DNA of 64,000 nt from Lama guanicoe (taxonomy: Eukaryota). The position numbers and the translations under genes are program-made. The notes below the pieces were generated by a model. The model was not told the origin of the DNA. It was given only the letters and a program-made list of their open reading frames with translations, and made no database searches. This document shows, piece after piece, positions 1-11,355 of the stretch; within the stretch, counting starts at the first letter, position 1; each line of letters opens with the position of its first letter. The stretch spans positions 19,310-83,309 of the forward strand of contig MU053314.1 of NCBI GenBank assembly GCA_013239625.1, given 5' to 3'.

Positions 1-99
1 GGGCCTGAAATACTGGGGAGTGAAGCACGTGGGCTTGAACGCTGACCAGACCCGAAACTCTAGGTGTCACGCAACTGGGGGGAGTGGTTAGGTAGCAGT

Positions 100-1210
100 T
101 AACTTCAAACTTTATTACCTGTGATATTAAACATCTGGAATAAAATTTCCAACTTAAGCGCTACAAGCAGTAAAAAAGAGGGATAAGAAAACCAAACAAA
201 ACCAAAAAGCAAGTCTACCTCTCAAAAAAGTAAAAAGAGAGCAAAAAAGAGCATTTATAAAGCACACAGATTTTAGAGACATGTCACAATCACAGACTCA
301 GCAATTGAAAGAAATTGCCAGGCGCATGAAAACAACGTGTTCTACAGTATCTCCAAGTGATGAAACTGAGACCTAAGGACACAGAACATCTGGAAGTTAC
401 AGATGCAAAAAGAAATTCCAGGCGAACTAAAAACTCCTTTTGAGATAATGATAAAAGCCTCATTCTCCAGGACAATTCAGCAATCGTTACAGTGTGTACA
501 CCAATAACACAACTTCACATCCCATGAAGGAACCAAGCATTAAATCAAGGGAGAAACTGACAGCCAACACCACGGTAAGACTTCAAGACGACTTTCCCAG
601 TTAGTGATGGCTTAAATACATAAAAAGTAACAAACATGTCTTGAAGGGAGAAGCAGGTCCCTGAACCAAACCATTTCGAAACTAAACACTGTTCTCCAGA
701 GCACATTTATAAAAACTGGACATGTACAGGGTGATAAAGGAAGGTGAAACAAATATCAAGGTAAAATATACTTTATGCAATTTAGAGAAAAAAATAATCA
801 TTTAAATACCTTTGGTCTACAAATTTGAAAACTCATCTTTAAATAAATCAAAAGTTGAATATATGAGAGTCAAAATTAAAATGAATGTTCATCTCAAATA
901 TTCTCAGAAATTTCTGCAAATTTCAGAAGATTATAGACTGTGGGATATCATTTTTATAAAGCTCAGAACCAGGGAGGTGAAACAACATATTGTGTAAAAG
1001 GCAGAATACTGCAGAACCACAGGGAAGGGAACCAACACGCACAGAAGTGGCTTCCTCTGCGGGTCGGGGGCGCTGAGGTTTCTGCAGTCGGCGATGATCT
1101 CAAGATTGTTGTGTTATCACGTTTCTTTCACAACTTAAACATTCATTATCAATGTTTCTGTGGGTTATCCGATAGCACATATAGTCAAAGTGAGCATAAG
1201 TAAAATAATA
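100..1210 (+). mobile_element. Old, highly decayed L1 (L1M-type) fragments
   Basis: A-rich sequence resembling the L1 ORF2 endonuclease region and an old 3' end. Boundaries approximate. Confidence 0.45.
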
Positions 1211-1826
1211 AATATTATTTCCCAACAACAGTAAGAAGTTAAGCAGAAATTGGCTACGTGTGCTTTTGGTGTGATTTTAAAAGCAAAAACAGGGGCCACA
1301 GACACCGATGCTGAAGAGAAGCTTCAGAGGGCTGTGTTCTCGAGTGTGAGTGTTGTGTCTCCTCCCATGACCTTGTAGACAAGTGACAGGGTTTTTTTCA
1401 TCCCGCGACCTTGCTGCCCAGAAGAACTGCAGACACGCTGTGCCTGCCGGTGTTCTCGGTCTGCGAGTTCCCACTCGTCCCTCCAGGCGGGGCACTGGCC
1501 TCGTCAGGTCATCCAACGTGCTCTTCCTGGAGTCTCCTCCTGCCCCCTGAAGGCTTTGTGCTCACAGCACCTCATGACAAACTCTGCCACGGGGTCTCCA
1601 TCTCCTCGCACTCCCTGGCTCCCCATTTGTGGTGTGGCTTCTACTTGCTTTCTGGAACAAGGCCACGTGTGGTTTTCTCCCCACTGGTGGCTTCATGGAC
1701 ACTGCTGGGTGGCCTTTATCAGAGCAGCCCACCTGCTGGGACCTTGGCTCCTTACCCCCCAGGCCTTGCTGAGTCACCCACGCGGAGGTGGGGACAGGAC
1801 CCTGCAGTCAGGACACTCCTGAGGGG

Positions 1827-1879
1827 TCAGCAGAGGTCAGTCCCCCCGCCGACTAGGTTCAGAGCCCAGCATTCAAACG
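1827..1879 (-). pseudogene. Candidate last exon, coding part (TFECWALNLVGGGTDLC*)
   Basis: Strong acceptor ctctcccttcttctcctgttgacAG. Phase 1 join continues the previous exon in frame to TGA at 1829-1827. Confidence 0.55.
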
Positions 1880-1931
1880 CTGTCAACAGGAGAAGAAGGG
1901 AGAGCTGACGCGGTCAGGGCAAGAGCAGACT

Positions 1932-1960
1932 CACACACACACACACACACACTCACACAC
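1932..1960. repeat. (CA)n microsatellite
   Basis: cacacacacacacacacacacactcacacac. Confidence 0.9.
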
Positions 1961-2079
1961 GTGCTCGAGGCCTAACACAGCCTCACGGTCCTCATCACAC
2001 ACGAGGTTTCCTGAGACGCACATGCATTAGTTTTCTACTTTTACATAACATCGCAGCACAGTTAAAATGAGGTAGACGC

Positions 2080-2290
2080 ATAATCTCACGGTGTCTGCCA
2101 AGGCTGCACTGCCATCTGGGTGTCCACAGCGGGGGCCCACCTCCAAGCTCATGCACATGGTCACCAGTGAGGCCTGGGGCTGGAGGCCACCTCCAGGTCC
2201 GACTGTCACCTCGGGGCCATGCCTCCGGTCTCTCCTGGGGTGGCTCCCAGCATGGCCTTGTGTCTTCAAGGCCAGCAGCAGAGTCTCTTG
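2080..2290 (-). mobile_element. MaLR (MLT1-like) LTR fragment
   Basis: Motifs such as ccaaggctgcactgccatctgg, cacctccaagctca and tcttcaaggccagcagc. Subfamily not determined. Confidence 0.5.
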
Positions 2291-2314
2291 GTTGAGATGG
2301 AATTTTTGTTTCTG

Positions 2315-2972
2315 AGGTCCTGTTTGCTTATTTTTGTTTTTATTTCTATTGCCTGGGAGTCTCCCCTAGGAGAACACTGCTAAGACTTATGTCAGGAAAT
2401 GTTTTGCCCACGTTTTCTTCTATTGTACAAAAAAGGAGCGTCAGATGCTGCTGAATTCACCTCTTTCCTGCACGGAGTCTCTAAGGGAGGCTTTATTATC
2501 TTAATGATTCTCTCTTTTTTGGAAGTATAGTCAGTTTACAACATTGTGTCAATTTCTAGTGCAGAGCATAACAGTTCAGTCATTTGTATACACACATATT
2601 TATTTTCATATTCTTTTTCATTATAGGTTACTGCAAGGTACGACTACAGTTCCCTGTGCTGTACAGGAGCTTGTTTATCTATTTTCTATGTAGTAGGTAG
2701 TCTCTACAAATCCTGAACTCCCAATTTATTCCTTCCCACCCCATTTTCCCCCAGTAACCATAAGATTGTTTACTATGTCTGCTAGTCTGTTTTGTAGATG
2801 AGTTCATTAGTGTCCTCTTTTTTTTCTTTCTTTCTTTAGATTCCACATGTAAGCGACATCACATAGTATTTTTCTTTCTCTTTCTGGCTTACTTCACTTA
2901 GAATGACATCCTCCAGGTCCACCCATGTTGCTACAAATGGCATTATTTTATTTTTTTATGGCTGAGTAGTAT
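2315..2972 (-). mobile_element. L1 fragments: ORF2 piece 2315-2422 and young L1 3' UTR 2515-2972
   Basis: Antisense gaagtatagtcagtttacaacattgtgtcaatttc ... ggctgagtagtat. Same family recurs at 24288 and 47935. Confidence 0.85.
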
Positions 2973-3111
2973 GAAGAAGCAACACTTCTTAATAGCTTCC
3001 TTTTCTAGATGATTAAAGAGAATACTTCCCAACAGTTCTGACTACACATGGAAATGCAGGTGGAAACAGCAAGAAGCAACAGAAGTGATCGTCTTCATAT
3101 CAGAGAATTAC

Positions 3112-3155
3112 TTTCTAGCTCTGACGTGAGGCCCACAATCCACTCTTTCTCCCAG
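3112..3155 (-). pseudogene. Candidate exon, 44 nt (WEKEWIVGLTSELE)
   Basis: Acceptor aactttctgtacAG, donor aaa|GTAATT, phase 2 to 1. Confidence 0.55.
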
Positions 3156-3372
3156 CTGTACAGAAAGTTGTAATTGTGAGAGGCGCGTATTAAAGGGCCT
3201 GCAAATGATAAAGTTATAAATTCCTGGGAGGAAGAGGCACCCCTGCAAAGATGACAACGTGTGTGTCAGACCCGGATGTCTCTGCTGGGCTGAGGGTGAC
3301 CAAGCCTTTCCCAGGCTCCGAGCGTCTCCAGCCTGACAAATCCGCGATCCTAAAAAAAACCCTGTCAGGTAC

Positions 3373-3421
3373 CTTGTTTCCTGACGCCCATGGAGCACGG
3401 ATTGCCTGGACGTTGCGTCCC
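3373..3421 (-). pseudogene. Weak candidate exon, 49 nt
   Basis: Weak acceptor caagcacAG, donor aag|GTacct. Fits the chain only with a 1-nt frameshift. Confidence 0.25.
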
Positions 3422-3479
3422 CTGTGCTTGTGTGTGAGGTGACAAAGTTAAACACAGTCTTACGTACAATCTGGCCATC

Positions 3480-3935
3480 ATTATCGTAAGCATTTACACA
3501 AATGAACCGAAAACTTGTTTTCCCAGGAAGCCTACACACCAGTGTTTATAGCAGCTTCATCCATGATTTATTCATGATTCAGGCAGAAATTGGAAGCAAC
3601 TAAGGGGTCTTTTAATAGGTGAGAGGATAAACAAATTGTGGTCCATCCAGACAATGGAATATTACTCAGAGATAAAAAGAAATGAGGTATCAGGCAAACA
3701 AACAAACAAAAAGACATGGAAAAACTCTAAATGCGCATGGGTAAGTAAAACAATTCATTCTGAAAGGGCTACATACTGGATGAGTACAACTATATGACTT
3801 TCCAGGGGAAGCAAACTTACCAAGACAAAGAAAAGATCAGTGTTTGCTGGTGCCAGGAATTACGGGGAAGAGGGGGAATAGACGTGGGAAAGGGATTTAA
3901 GCCAGCGAAACTGTTCTGTGTGACATTGTACAGCA
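3480..3935 (+). mobile_element. L1MC-like 3' end
   Basis: gtttatagcagc ... ggataaacaaattgtggtccatccagacaatggaatattactcag is typical of the L1 ORF2 end and 3' UTR. Confidence 0.8.
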
Positions 3936-4399
3936 GACACACGACCGGTTGGGCCGGTCAGGAAGCCGCATGCCGGGTCCCAGGCTCCCCTCCAGGCATC
4001 ACAGGACACGCGTGGCTGCGCTCATGAGCTCCAGTGACTTCTCCCATGTCCTTCAGGGCAGGTTCTGTGAAGTCACCAGGGGCCTGGGATGACACTCCCT
4101 GATGCTCTAGGGTTTCTCAATGACAAATGGCCCAGTGTGGAGGGACAGCAGCCTGGAGACCTCATGCTCCAGATTCTCACAGAACCACCAAAGTGCCACC
4201 CAAACTGGCAGCAGCACGTCTGCCTCCCGTTCTGTTCCCGCAGTGACGGCCCGGCTGCACCTGGACTGGACTAGACATTTTAAGGTTCCCTTTGACTTGC
4301 CTTTCAATGACTGCCTCTCTCAGGCATTTAAACAGACTTGTGGAAAGAAATAATTGCACCGGCAGGCCCTCTACTTTTCTCACTCTGAGCTCAGACACG

Positions 4400-5095
4400 G
4401 AACCCCACTCAGGGCTGTCTCATCACACCTCCTGTGGCAGCATCGATTGAAATCAGTGCTGGCCCTCACACTGCTGAACGAGAGAGCTGCCTCTCTCATC
4501 CACCAGTGTCCCCTGGAATGCTCGATTCCCTTGTCTCCTCTGACTTCCCTCCGACCTCATGGGCAGCTCTTTCTCCATCTGCTTTACTGATCTCCCTGCA
4601 TTCAGCCTTTGACTGTTGGAAATACTCCAAGCTTTGTGCTGGGGGCCCCTCATCGTCCCACCCTAAACTTTTCCATGAGTAATCCTGCACATGTTCAGAG
4701 CATCCTTATAAGAGCTCTGCCCGTGGCGTCCAAACGCACACCTCCAGGCACCTTAAACCCAAACTGTGCAAAGAAATGCTAATGACCTTCACCTCCAAAC
4801 TTGGTGCTCCTCCAGGGCCTCCTTCCTCTCTCAGCGAGCAGCCCCACTGCTTCTCCAGTTTGTAAGTATGATTCAGCACACTGGGAGTCACGCTCCACAC
4901 CTCCCTCTTTGGCCCATCTGATGCTCTGTGCTGCTTTCTCACCGCCTGCCCCCGCCAGCCACCTGCTTCTATGAGGCCGCTCCCCTGTGACCCCAACCCC
5001 AGTGAACACCATTCTTCTTGGCTAATTACACGGTAGCCTCCTAACACGTCTTTAAGAATTCCAGGTCCAACCTTCTCCACACCTCCCAAAGCAGC
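4400..5095 (+). mobile_element. LINE2 fragment (continues at 6820-7255)
   Basis: CT-rich L2-like motifs (ccaggcaccttaaacccaa, ctgggagtcacgctccacacctccctc). Confidence 0.6.
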
Positions 5096-5112
5096 CTTTT
5101 AAAAATATATTC

Positions 5113-6305
5113 TTGATAGATCAATGGAACAGGATAGAAAGTCCAGAAATAAACCCATGCATGTATGGTCAATTAATCTACGACAAAGGAGGCACGAACA
5201 TACAATGGAGAAAAGACAGTCTCTTCAACAAGTGTTGCTGGGAAAACAGGACAGCCCCCTGTAAAAGACTGAAATCAGAACATTCTCTAACATCATATAC
5301 AAAAACAAACTCAAAATGGATAAAAGACCTAAGTGTAAGACCAGATACTATAAAACTCCTAGAGGAAAACACAGACAGAACACTTGCCGACACACATTAC
5401 AGCAATATATATTTTGAACCAGCTCCTGGAGTATAGGAAATAAAAGCAAAAATAAACATTTGGGATCTAATTAAACTTAAAAGCTTTTGCATGGCTAAGG
5501 ATACCATCAACAAAATGAAAAGACAACCTACAGATTGTCTTTGGGAGAAAATACTTGCAAATGATGTGACTGACAAGGGACTAATTTTCAAAATGTACAA
5601 ACAGCTCATACACCTTAATATCAAAGAAACAAACAGCTCAATCCAAAAATGGGCAGAAGATCTAAACAAGCAGTTCTCCAACGAAGACATGCAAATGGCC
5701 AATAGGCACATGAAAAAAAGCTCAGCACCGCTAATTATCAGAGAAACGGAGATCAAGACTACCATGAGATATCATCTCACGCCGGCCAGAATGGCCATCG
5801 TTGAAAAGTCTCTAAGTGATAGATGCTGGAGAGAGCGTGGAGGAGAGGGAACCCTCCTACACAGTTGGTGAGAGTGTAGATTGGTGCAGCCACTGTCAAG
5901 GACAGTATGGAGGTTCCTTAAAAAACTGAAAATAGGCTTACCATGTGATCCAGCAATCCTACTCCTGGGCATATATCCAGAGAAAAATAAAATTCAAAAA
6001 GACACATGCACCCCAGTGTTCACAGCAGCACTATTTACAACAGCCAAGACATGGAAACAACCCAAATGTCCACCGACAGATGACTGGATAAAGAAGCTGT
6101 GGTATATTTATACAATGGAACACTACTCAGCCATAAAACAAGAATAAAATAATGCCATTTGCAGCAACATGGATGGACTTGAAGACTGTCATTCTAAGTG
6201 AAGTGGGCTGGAAAAAGAAAGAAAAATGCCATATGACATCACTTATATGAGGAATCTAAAAAATAGTAACAATAATAATAAGGACACAAATAAACTACTT
6301 TTTAT
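5113..6305 (+). mobile_element. 5'-truncated L1: ORF2 C-terminal region plus start of 3' UTR
   Basis: Frames read [14 protein letters not shown]…, [11 protein letters not shown]…[11 protein letters not shown] and [24 protein letters not shown], broken by frameshifts. Confidence 0.97.
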
Positions 6306-6633
6306 AACTAAGACGATTGATTTCCTGAATATGTGTAAGCACAGTCGACTGTCCTTTATGACTGGATTACCGCATTCTGTTGATTCTTACTTTGTAGTTG
6401 GCTTTGTTCCTTTGATAACTATGTAAGCTTAAAAAGCCAAAGATCTAATCTGTTCTTAGAGACAATAATTAGTACATTTATGTAAACTAAAAAAGTGAGC
6501 AGTACGCTGTATATATGTATTTACATGCAATATAATGTGTACGTGCAGTCGGACTGTAATAATTCTACCTATTAGAACTGAAAAAGGAGGGAAAGAATAT
6601 ATGCTTCAACATCAAAAATTTTTCTTTTTAATT

Positions 6634-6723
6634 GGAGGTGTGAAATAGCTCAGTGGTAGAGCACATGCTTAGCATGCAGAAGGCCCTGGTTCAATCCCCA
6701 GTACCGCTATTAAAAATAAAAAA
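6634..6723 (+). mobile_element. tRNA-Ala-derived SINE (camelid Vic-1 type)
   Basis: A box tagctcagtgg, AGC anticodon-like loop cttagcat, B box ggttcaatccc, A-rich tail. Confidence 0.85.
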
Positions 6724-6819
6724 TATATGCCTGACAAATAAATTCTCTCTTTAAAACACATGAGTGGTATGCCTTAATTCTTAACAAAAGGACCAAAATC
6801 TTCAATAAATCTAAGAGCC

Positions 6820-7255
6820 CACATCTGGCCCTCGTCTACCTCTCTGGTCCTTCCCGCTCCTTACTTCCTTGGCTCCATCATTTCTGGAATTTCACCCATC
6901 AGTTCTTGAAAGTTCTATGTGTCCTCCTCACCAAGGAATTGGAAAGCTTTGTTCCCTCTAAACTGAAACACTTTCCTTCCCTCTGAGCTCCGCACCAGGC
7001 TCTTTCAGGTGTGTGTTTTGCACAGAAGCCTCCCAGGGCCCTAAAGAGAACTGGTCTCTGACGCCCGCATCATGTACTGTTCCCACACTTGCCAAGTGAC
7101 CCGTTTATGATAATCTGATTAATGTTTACTTTCACCATCACACGAGGACCCATTCGAGAAGGGTTCATACAGCATTTTATGATCTGTTTACCTTGATTCA
7201 AGCAGAACGTCTGGCTCCTAATATGTTCTTAGTTAATATCCGTTCAATTAATACA
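6820..7255 (+). mobile_element. LINE2 3' end
   Basis: Ends agaacgtctggctcctaatatgttcttagttaatatccgttcaattaat, resembling the L2 3' terminus. Confidence 0.6.
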
Positions 7256-7315
7256 ATTCTACTCTTTAAATTCAGTACATCTGTATGTGCAGACCACATT
7301 AACAGGCAGGCCCAC

Positions 7316-7363
7316 CAACGTGTAGGCAAAGAGCAGAAACGAGTAACTATCCTCTCAGTAAAG
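7316..7363 (-). pseudogene. Candidate exon, 48 nt (FTERIVTRFCSLPTR)
   Basis: Acceptor cctgctctttccAG, donor ttg|GTGGGC, phase 2 to 2. Confidence 0.5.
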
Positions 7364-7646
7364 CTGGAAAGAGCAGGCCAACCATACAAGCTTTAGAAAC
7401 ATCAAAGACCCTAAGCAGGAAAAGCACAGGTCTTTAGGAGCTGCAAGGTAAGACAGGCCATCTTCCCTTTGTGCACAGACATCCAGTAACTGGAGACAGC
7501 AGCCGACGGTAACTGAAGCCTGCGGACCGCCACAGGGACGACGGGGACGGCGCTGGTGGCATCGGAGGCGCGAGACCGCTGCTCAGGCCACGTACACCAC
7601 TGGAGGCAGAGCACTAGGAATACCGTCTGTCCGGCAGTAAGCTCAC

Positions 7647-7732
7647 CTGCAGAGGAGCAGATTTCAGAGGCTGGCTGACAGCAGGCCCCCCACGAAACTG
7701 CTTTCATTGCAACCTCAGAATGCGGACCTTTA
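7647..7732 (-). pseudogene. Candidate exon, 86 nt (KGPHSEVAMKAVSWGACCQPASEICSSA in its open frame)
   Basis: Pyrimidine tract ending tttttaAG, donor cag|GTGAGC. Confidence 0.6.
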
Positions 7733-8236
7733 CTTAAAAAAAAAGGGAAGGAGATGATGGTTTGGAGAAACATTGGGCAAAATGCAAATATGGCAAACAT
7801 ATCTGGCACGGAGATTAAGTGCTTTTCAGCTGTTTTCATTTAACCAACCACAACCCCATGAAGTGGCCTGGCCGCCTGACTTTCAGGGACCTGGGAGGAA
7901 TCCTGAGATGAGGGCTTTACTGCAGCTCAGAAAAGCCAGAAGCGGAGGAACTCCGCAAACAGAAAATGTGGGTTTCTGCTCCTGAGTCCGTAACAACAGA
8001 AAGCTTGTGCTTCCACCCCTAGACGAGCCCTCGTCAGTCTCCACGTTCCCACTGCTGCGTCCCTGCGGCCACGTGCCCGCTGCGCAGGGCCACCACTCAG
8101 GGAAGCTGCACGTCTGAGAACCTTCCACTGCCTCCGGGTTGTCTCCTGATGAAGGACATGGGTACCAGGTCATCGATACCCGAGCCAAAGGCATCCGTCC
8201 TCATTAATCCTGAGAGACAGGAGGCAGAGCCGTTAC

Positions 8237-9477
8237 GCCGTTTGCCCATTTGTGTGTCTGTGTGAGTCATTTTTGCTCCTCAACTGAAAACAAAGACTCT
8301 AGAACTAGTCGAGCTGTTCCCCCCCCGGCTCTGTCACTGCCCGGCTGTGCGACCCTGGACACATAGGGTGTAAGTATTAGCAGTTATCAACCTTATGTTT
8401 ATTTTTAGCAAATGTCAAATTTTTCTGATGGTGTGACCTTCTTAAAAGGAACAGAATCTGGACACTGGGGCAAAGGCAGTGGCCACCACACAGGTTGCTT
8501 TGTTGAAAGTGGAAATCTGTGTAAAACGGCATTTTGCCTCGGCAGGCATGGCCCTTTTCATCTCCCGGCCTCATCACACTCCCCCCAGAATGACATGTGT
8601 AGTGACTTTATTGCTTAGTGCATCTGTGTTGGCTTATGTTTTTAAAATGCTTTGAATGTGTGAGTGTCCATGGTTCCCCAAGATATAACGCAATTTGAAC
8701 CCAGGACCTCATGCATGCCAGGCATGCGCTCTACCACTGAGCCACACCCTCCCCCAAGTGTGATTTTAACTGCAGTTTTTCACAGGTGCCTATTGTTAGG
8801 CTGAGACGTGTCCTTTGTGTTCCTAGCTGGGTTTTTATCATGAACAGGTGTTGGATAATGCCGTTTGCCCATTTGTGTGTCTGTGTGAGTCATTTTTGCT
8901 CCTCAACAGAAAACAAAGACTCTAGAACTAGTCGAGCTGTTCCCCCCCGGCTCTGTCACTGCCCGGCTGTGCGACCCTGGACACATAGGGTGTAAGTATT
9001 AGCAGTTATCAACCTTATGTTTATTTTTAGCAAATGTCAAATTTTTCTGATGGTGTGACCTTCTTAAAAGGAACAGAATCTGGACACTGGGGCAAAGGCA
9101 GTGGCCACCACACAGGTTGCTTTGTTGAAAGTGGAAATCTGTGTAAAACGGCATTTTGCCTCGGCAGGCATGGCCCTTTTCATCTCCCGGCCTCATCACA
9201 CTCCCCCCAGAATGACATGTGTAGTGACTTTATTGCTTAGTGCATCTGTGTTGGCTTATGTTTTTAAAATGCTTTGAATGTGTGAGTGTCCATGGTTCCC
9301 CAAGATATAACGCAATTTGAACCCAGGACCTCACGCATGCCATGCATGTGCTCTACCACTGAGCCACACCCTCCCCCAAGTGTGATTGTAACTGCAGTTT
9401 TTCACAGGTGCCTATTGTTAGGCTGAGATGTGTCCTTTGTGTTCCTAGCTGGGTTTTTATCATGAACAGGTGTTGGA
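8237..9477. repeat. Tandem duplication of ~620 bp (8237-8855 / 8860-9477)
   Basis: Direct comparison shows only a few substitutions and one homopolymer difference. Identical ORFs at offset 622. Confidence 0.97.
8693..8755 (-). mobile_element. tRNA-derived SINE (Vic-1 type); duplicate at 9315-9377
   Basis: Reverse complement reads ggggagggtgtggctcagtggtagagcgcatgcctggcatgcatgaggtcctgggttcaa. Confidence 0.85.
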
Positions 9478-9830
9478 AACTGACAGCTTATTCATCCATT
9501 TCGCCTGATGTGATCACGTGGTTTTGTCTTTTATTGTACTAACATATTGTATCAGAGTAACTGATAATCTGATGAGAAACCAATCTCAAATTTCTGAAAT
9601 AGATCCTATTTGGCCATGGTGTATAATCATTTTTATATGTTGCTTAATTTGGTTTGCTGATTTTTTGTTAAGAAATTTTGCATCTCTACTCATGAATGAT
9701 GTTGGTCTATAGGTTTCTTATGGTATCTTTGGCACTGGAATTACTGGCTTCATGAAGTAAGTTGAGAGTGGTTTCTCCTGTTTTGGGGAACATTTTGCAA
9801 GGTTCTGTATTTTTTAAAATATTTGACAGA
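9390..9830 (-). mobile_element. Old L1 ORF2 (RT region) fragment
   Basis: Antisense L1 motifs ttggccatggtgtataatc … tttgcatct … gatgttggtctata. Confidence 0.85.
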
Positions 9831-9872
9831 ATGGCTTCTTTTTTAATTCCCCTCCAGTACTGCTGTTCCCCG

Positions 9873-10528
9873 GGGATCTGGTCCAATTCCGTTCTCCCAT
9901 TGTTTCACACGCCATCTGTCAATCATCTGACAACACACCATCAGCTCACCACGCACAGACTGCGGACCTCCCTCTTGAGTTGTCTATTTCTCTTTCCAAC
10001 TGCCTATCGGTTGTTTGCATCGAAATGCTCACTGGCGATTCAAATACCCAATCGTCCTTCGTTAGTGGCACAAAAGCCACCTACCTATTTGCACTCTGAG
10101 TCGCAGCCTCCCCCGCACCTGCTTTCCACCACCGCATGTCCAACGAGCACCACATCTCACACACACGGTTTTCAAAGCATCTCTTCAGCTTTTCTTCACT
10201 AAGGGATCTGGTCCAATTCCGTTCTCCCATTGTTTCACATGCCATCTGTCAATCATCTGACAACACACCATCAGCTCACCACGCACAGGCTGCGGACCTC
10301 CCTCTCGAGTTGTCTATTTCTCTTTCTAACTGCCTACCGGTTGTTTGCATCTAAATGCTCACTGGCAATTCAAATACCCAATCGTCCTTCATTAGTGGCA
10401 CAAAAGCCACCTACTTATTTGCACTGAGTCGCAGCCTCCCCCACACCTGCTTTCCGCCACCGCATGTCCAACGAGCAACACATCTCACACACACGGTTTT
10501 CAAAGCATCTCTTCAGCTTTTCTTCACT
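9873..10528. repeat. Tandem duplication of ~330 bp (9873-10200 / 10203-10528)
   Basis: Direct comparison shows about ten substitutions and a 2-bp indel. Confidence 0.97.
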
Positions 10529-10893
10529 CACGCTCCCCGGACACAGTCATTCTCTCTCATTTGGATCAAACTATTCTCTCAACTGCTTCCTCTGCTCCTG
10601 CTGAGGCCACTTTGAGTTACGTGTTTTAGCCCAGAAGCATCACTTGGAATATTAAAGGATGTAACTGGAATGTCCCTTAATTTCTAGGCGAAATCTTTAA
10701 TCAATAGAAAGGCAGCACCCTCCAAAGCCACCTGGCTTCTACAGCCCCCAGCGTTACAGTCACAAGGAATAGACGCAGGCACCCTACTGGTGTTCATTAC
10801 ACTTTTCCCCCTTATCCCTTGAGAATGTAAAAGCTCGGCCTAGGGTCAACACTGAGCTTTTCTCCACTAAGAATGTATCCTCTCCTTAGTTAC

Positions 10894-10989
10894 TTCCTGC
10901 AACTGTGGTATAAAATGTAAGGCTTTTTTCATCCAAAGCCTCAGATCCACAGGAACGTTATCAGGTGTGTATCAGTGTCAGAATCGTAA
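10894..10989 (-). pseudogene. Candidate exon, 96 nt (begins YDSDT)
   Basis: Acceptor gttgttcacAG, donor gaa|GTAACT. Stops in the likely frames. Confidence 0.35.
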
Positions 10990-11192
10990 CTGTGAACAAC
11001 CTTATTGCAAGAAAATGTTCTTTAATTTGTTCATTTGAATGTCTGCTCTTACCATTTTCCTAAAATCTAATATAATTTGCAAAAACTAATTTTAAAAGAA
11101 AAATTGAAGCACCCAGAACACATATATATGATACAACTGGGGGGAAAAGAGAAATATGACAAATAAAAAGACGTTATTCTCATACCCCTAAC

Positions 11193-11355
11193 CCTCAGAA
11201 AGCCAAGTGCAACGCATTTGCTGGATGATTGGATATTGTAGTTGAAATCATAACAGCAATTACAGTGACATTTTCAGCCATCTGCATGTACAATGCCAGT
11301 TGTACTGAGCTGCCCACGATTATATATTTAAACTAACTGCTGTTAATAAAAGCGC
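11193..11355 (-). pseudogene. Candidate exon, 163 nt, with a CxCxxC motif (…AE-/KCHCNCCYDFNYNIQSSSKCVALGFL)
   Basis: Strong acceptor ttttctttttaaacAG, weaker donor agg|GTtagg. Needs a frameshift and contains stops. Confidence 0.5.

Noticed and set aside
1411..1908. 165-aa + strand ORF
   Set aside because: Non-ATG start and no recognisable domain; the splice signals here are on the opposite strand.
5113..6147. ORFs of 107, 126 and 88 aa as a host gene or active retroelement
   Set aside because: Frameshifted pieces of a truncated L1 ORF2 C-terminus.
6634..6723. tRNA-Ala(AGC)-like gene
   Set aside because: The acceptor stem does not pair properly, it has an A-rich tail, and related copies occur at 8693 and 9315. 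It is a SINE.
8100..8230. Strong minus-strand acceptor near 8210 as another exon
   Set aside because: No convincing donor, it abuts a duplication junction, and it is not needed for the exon chain.
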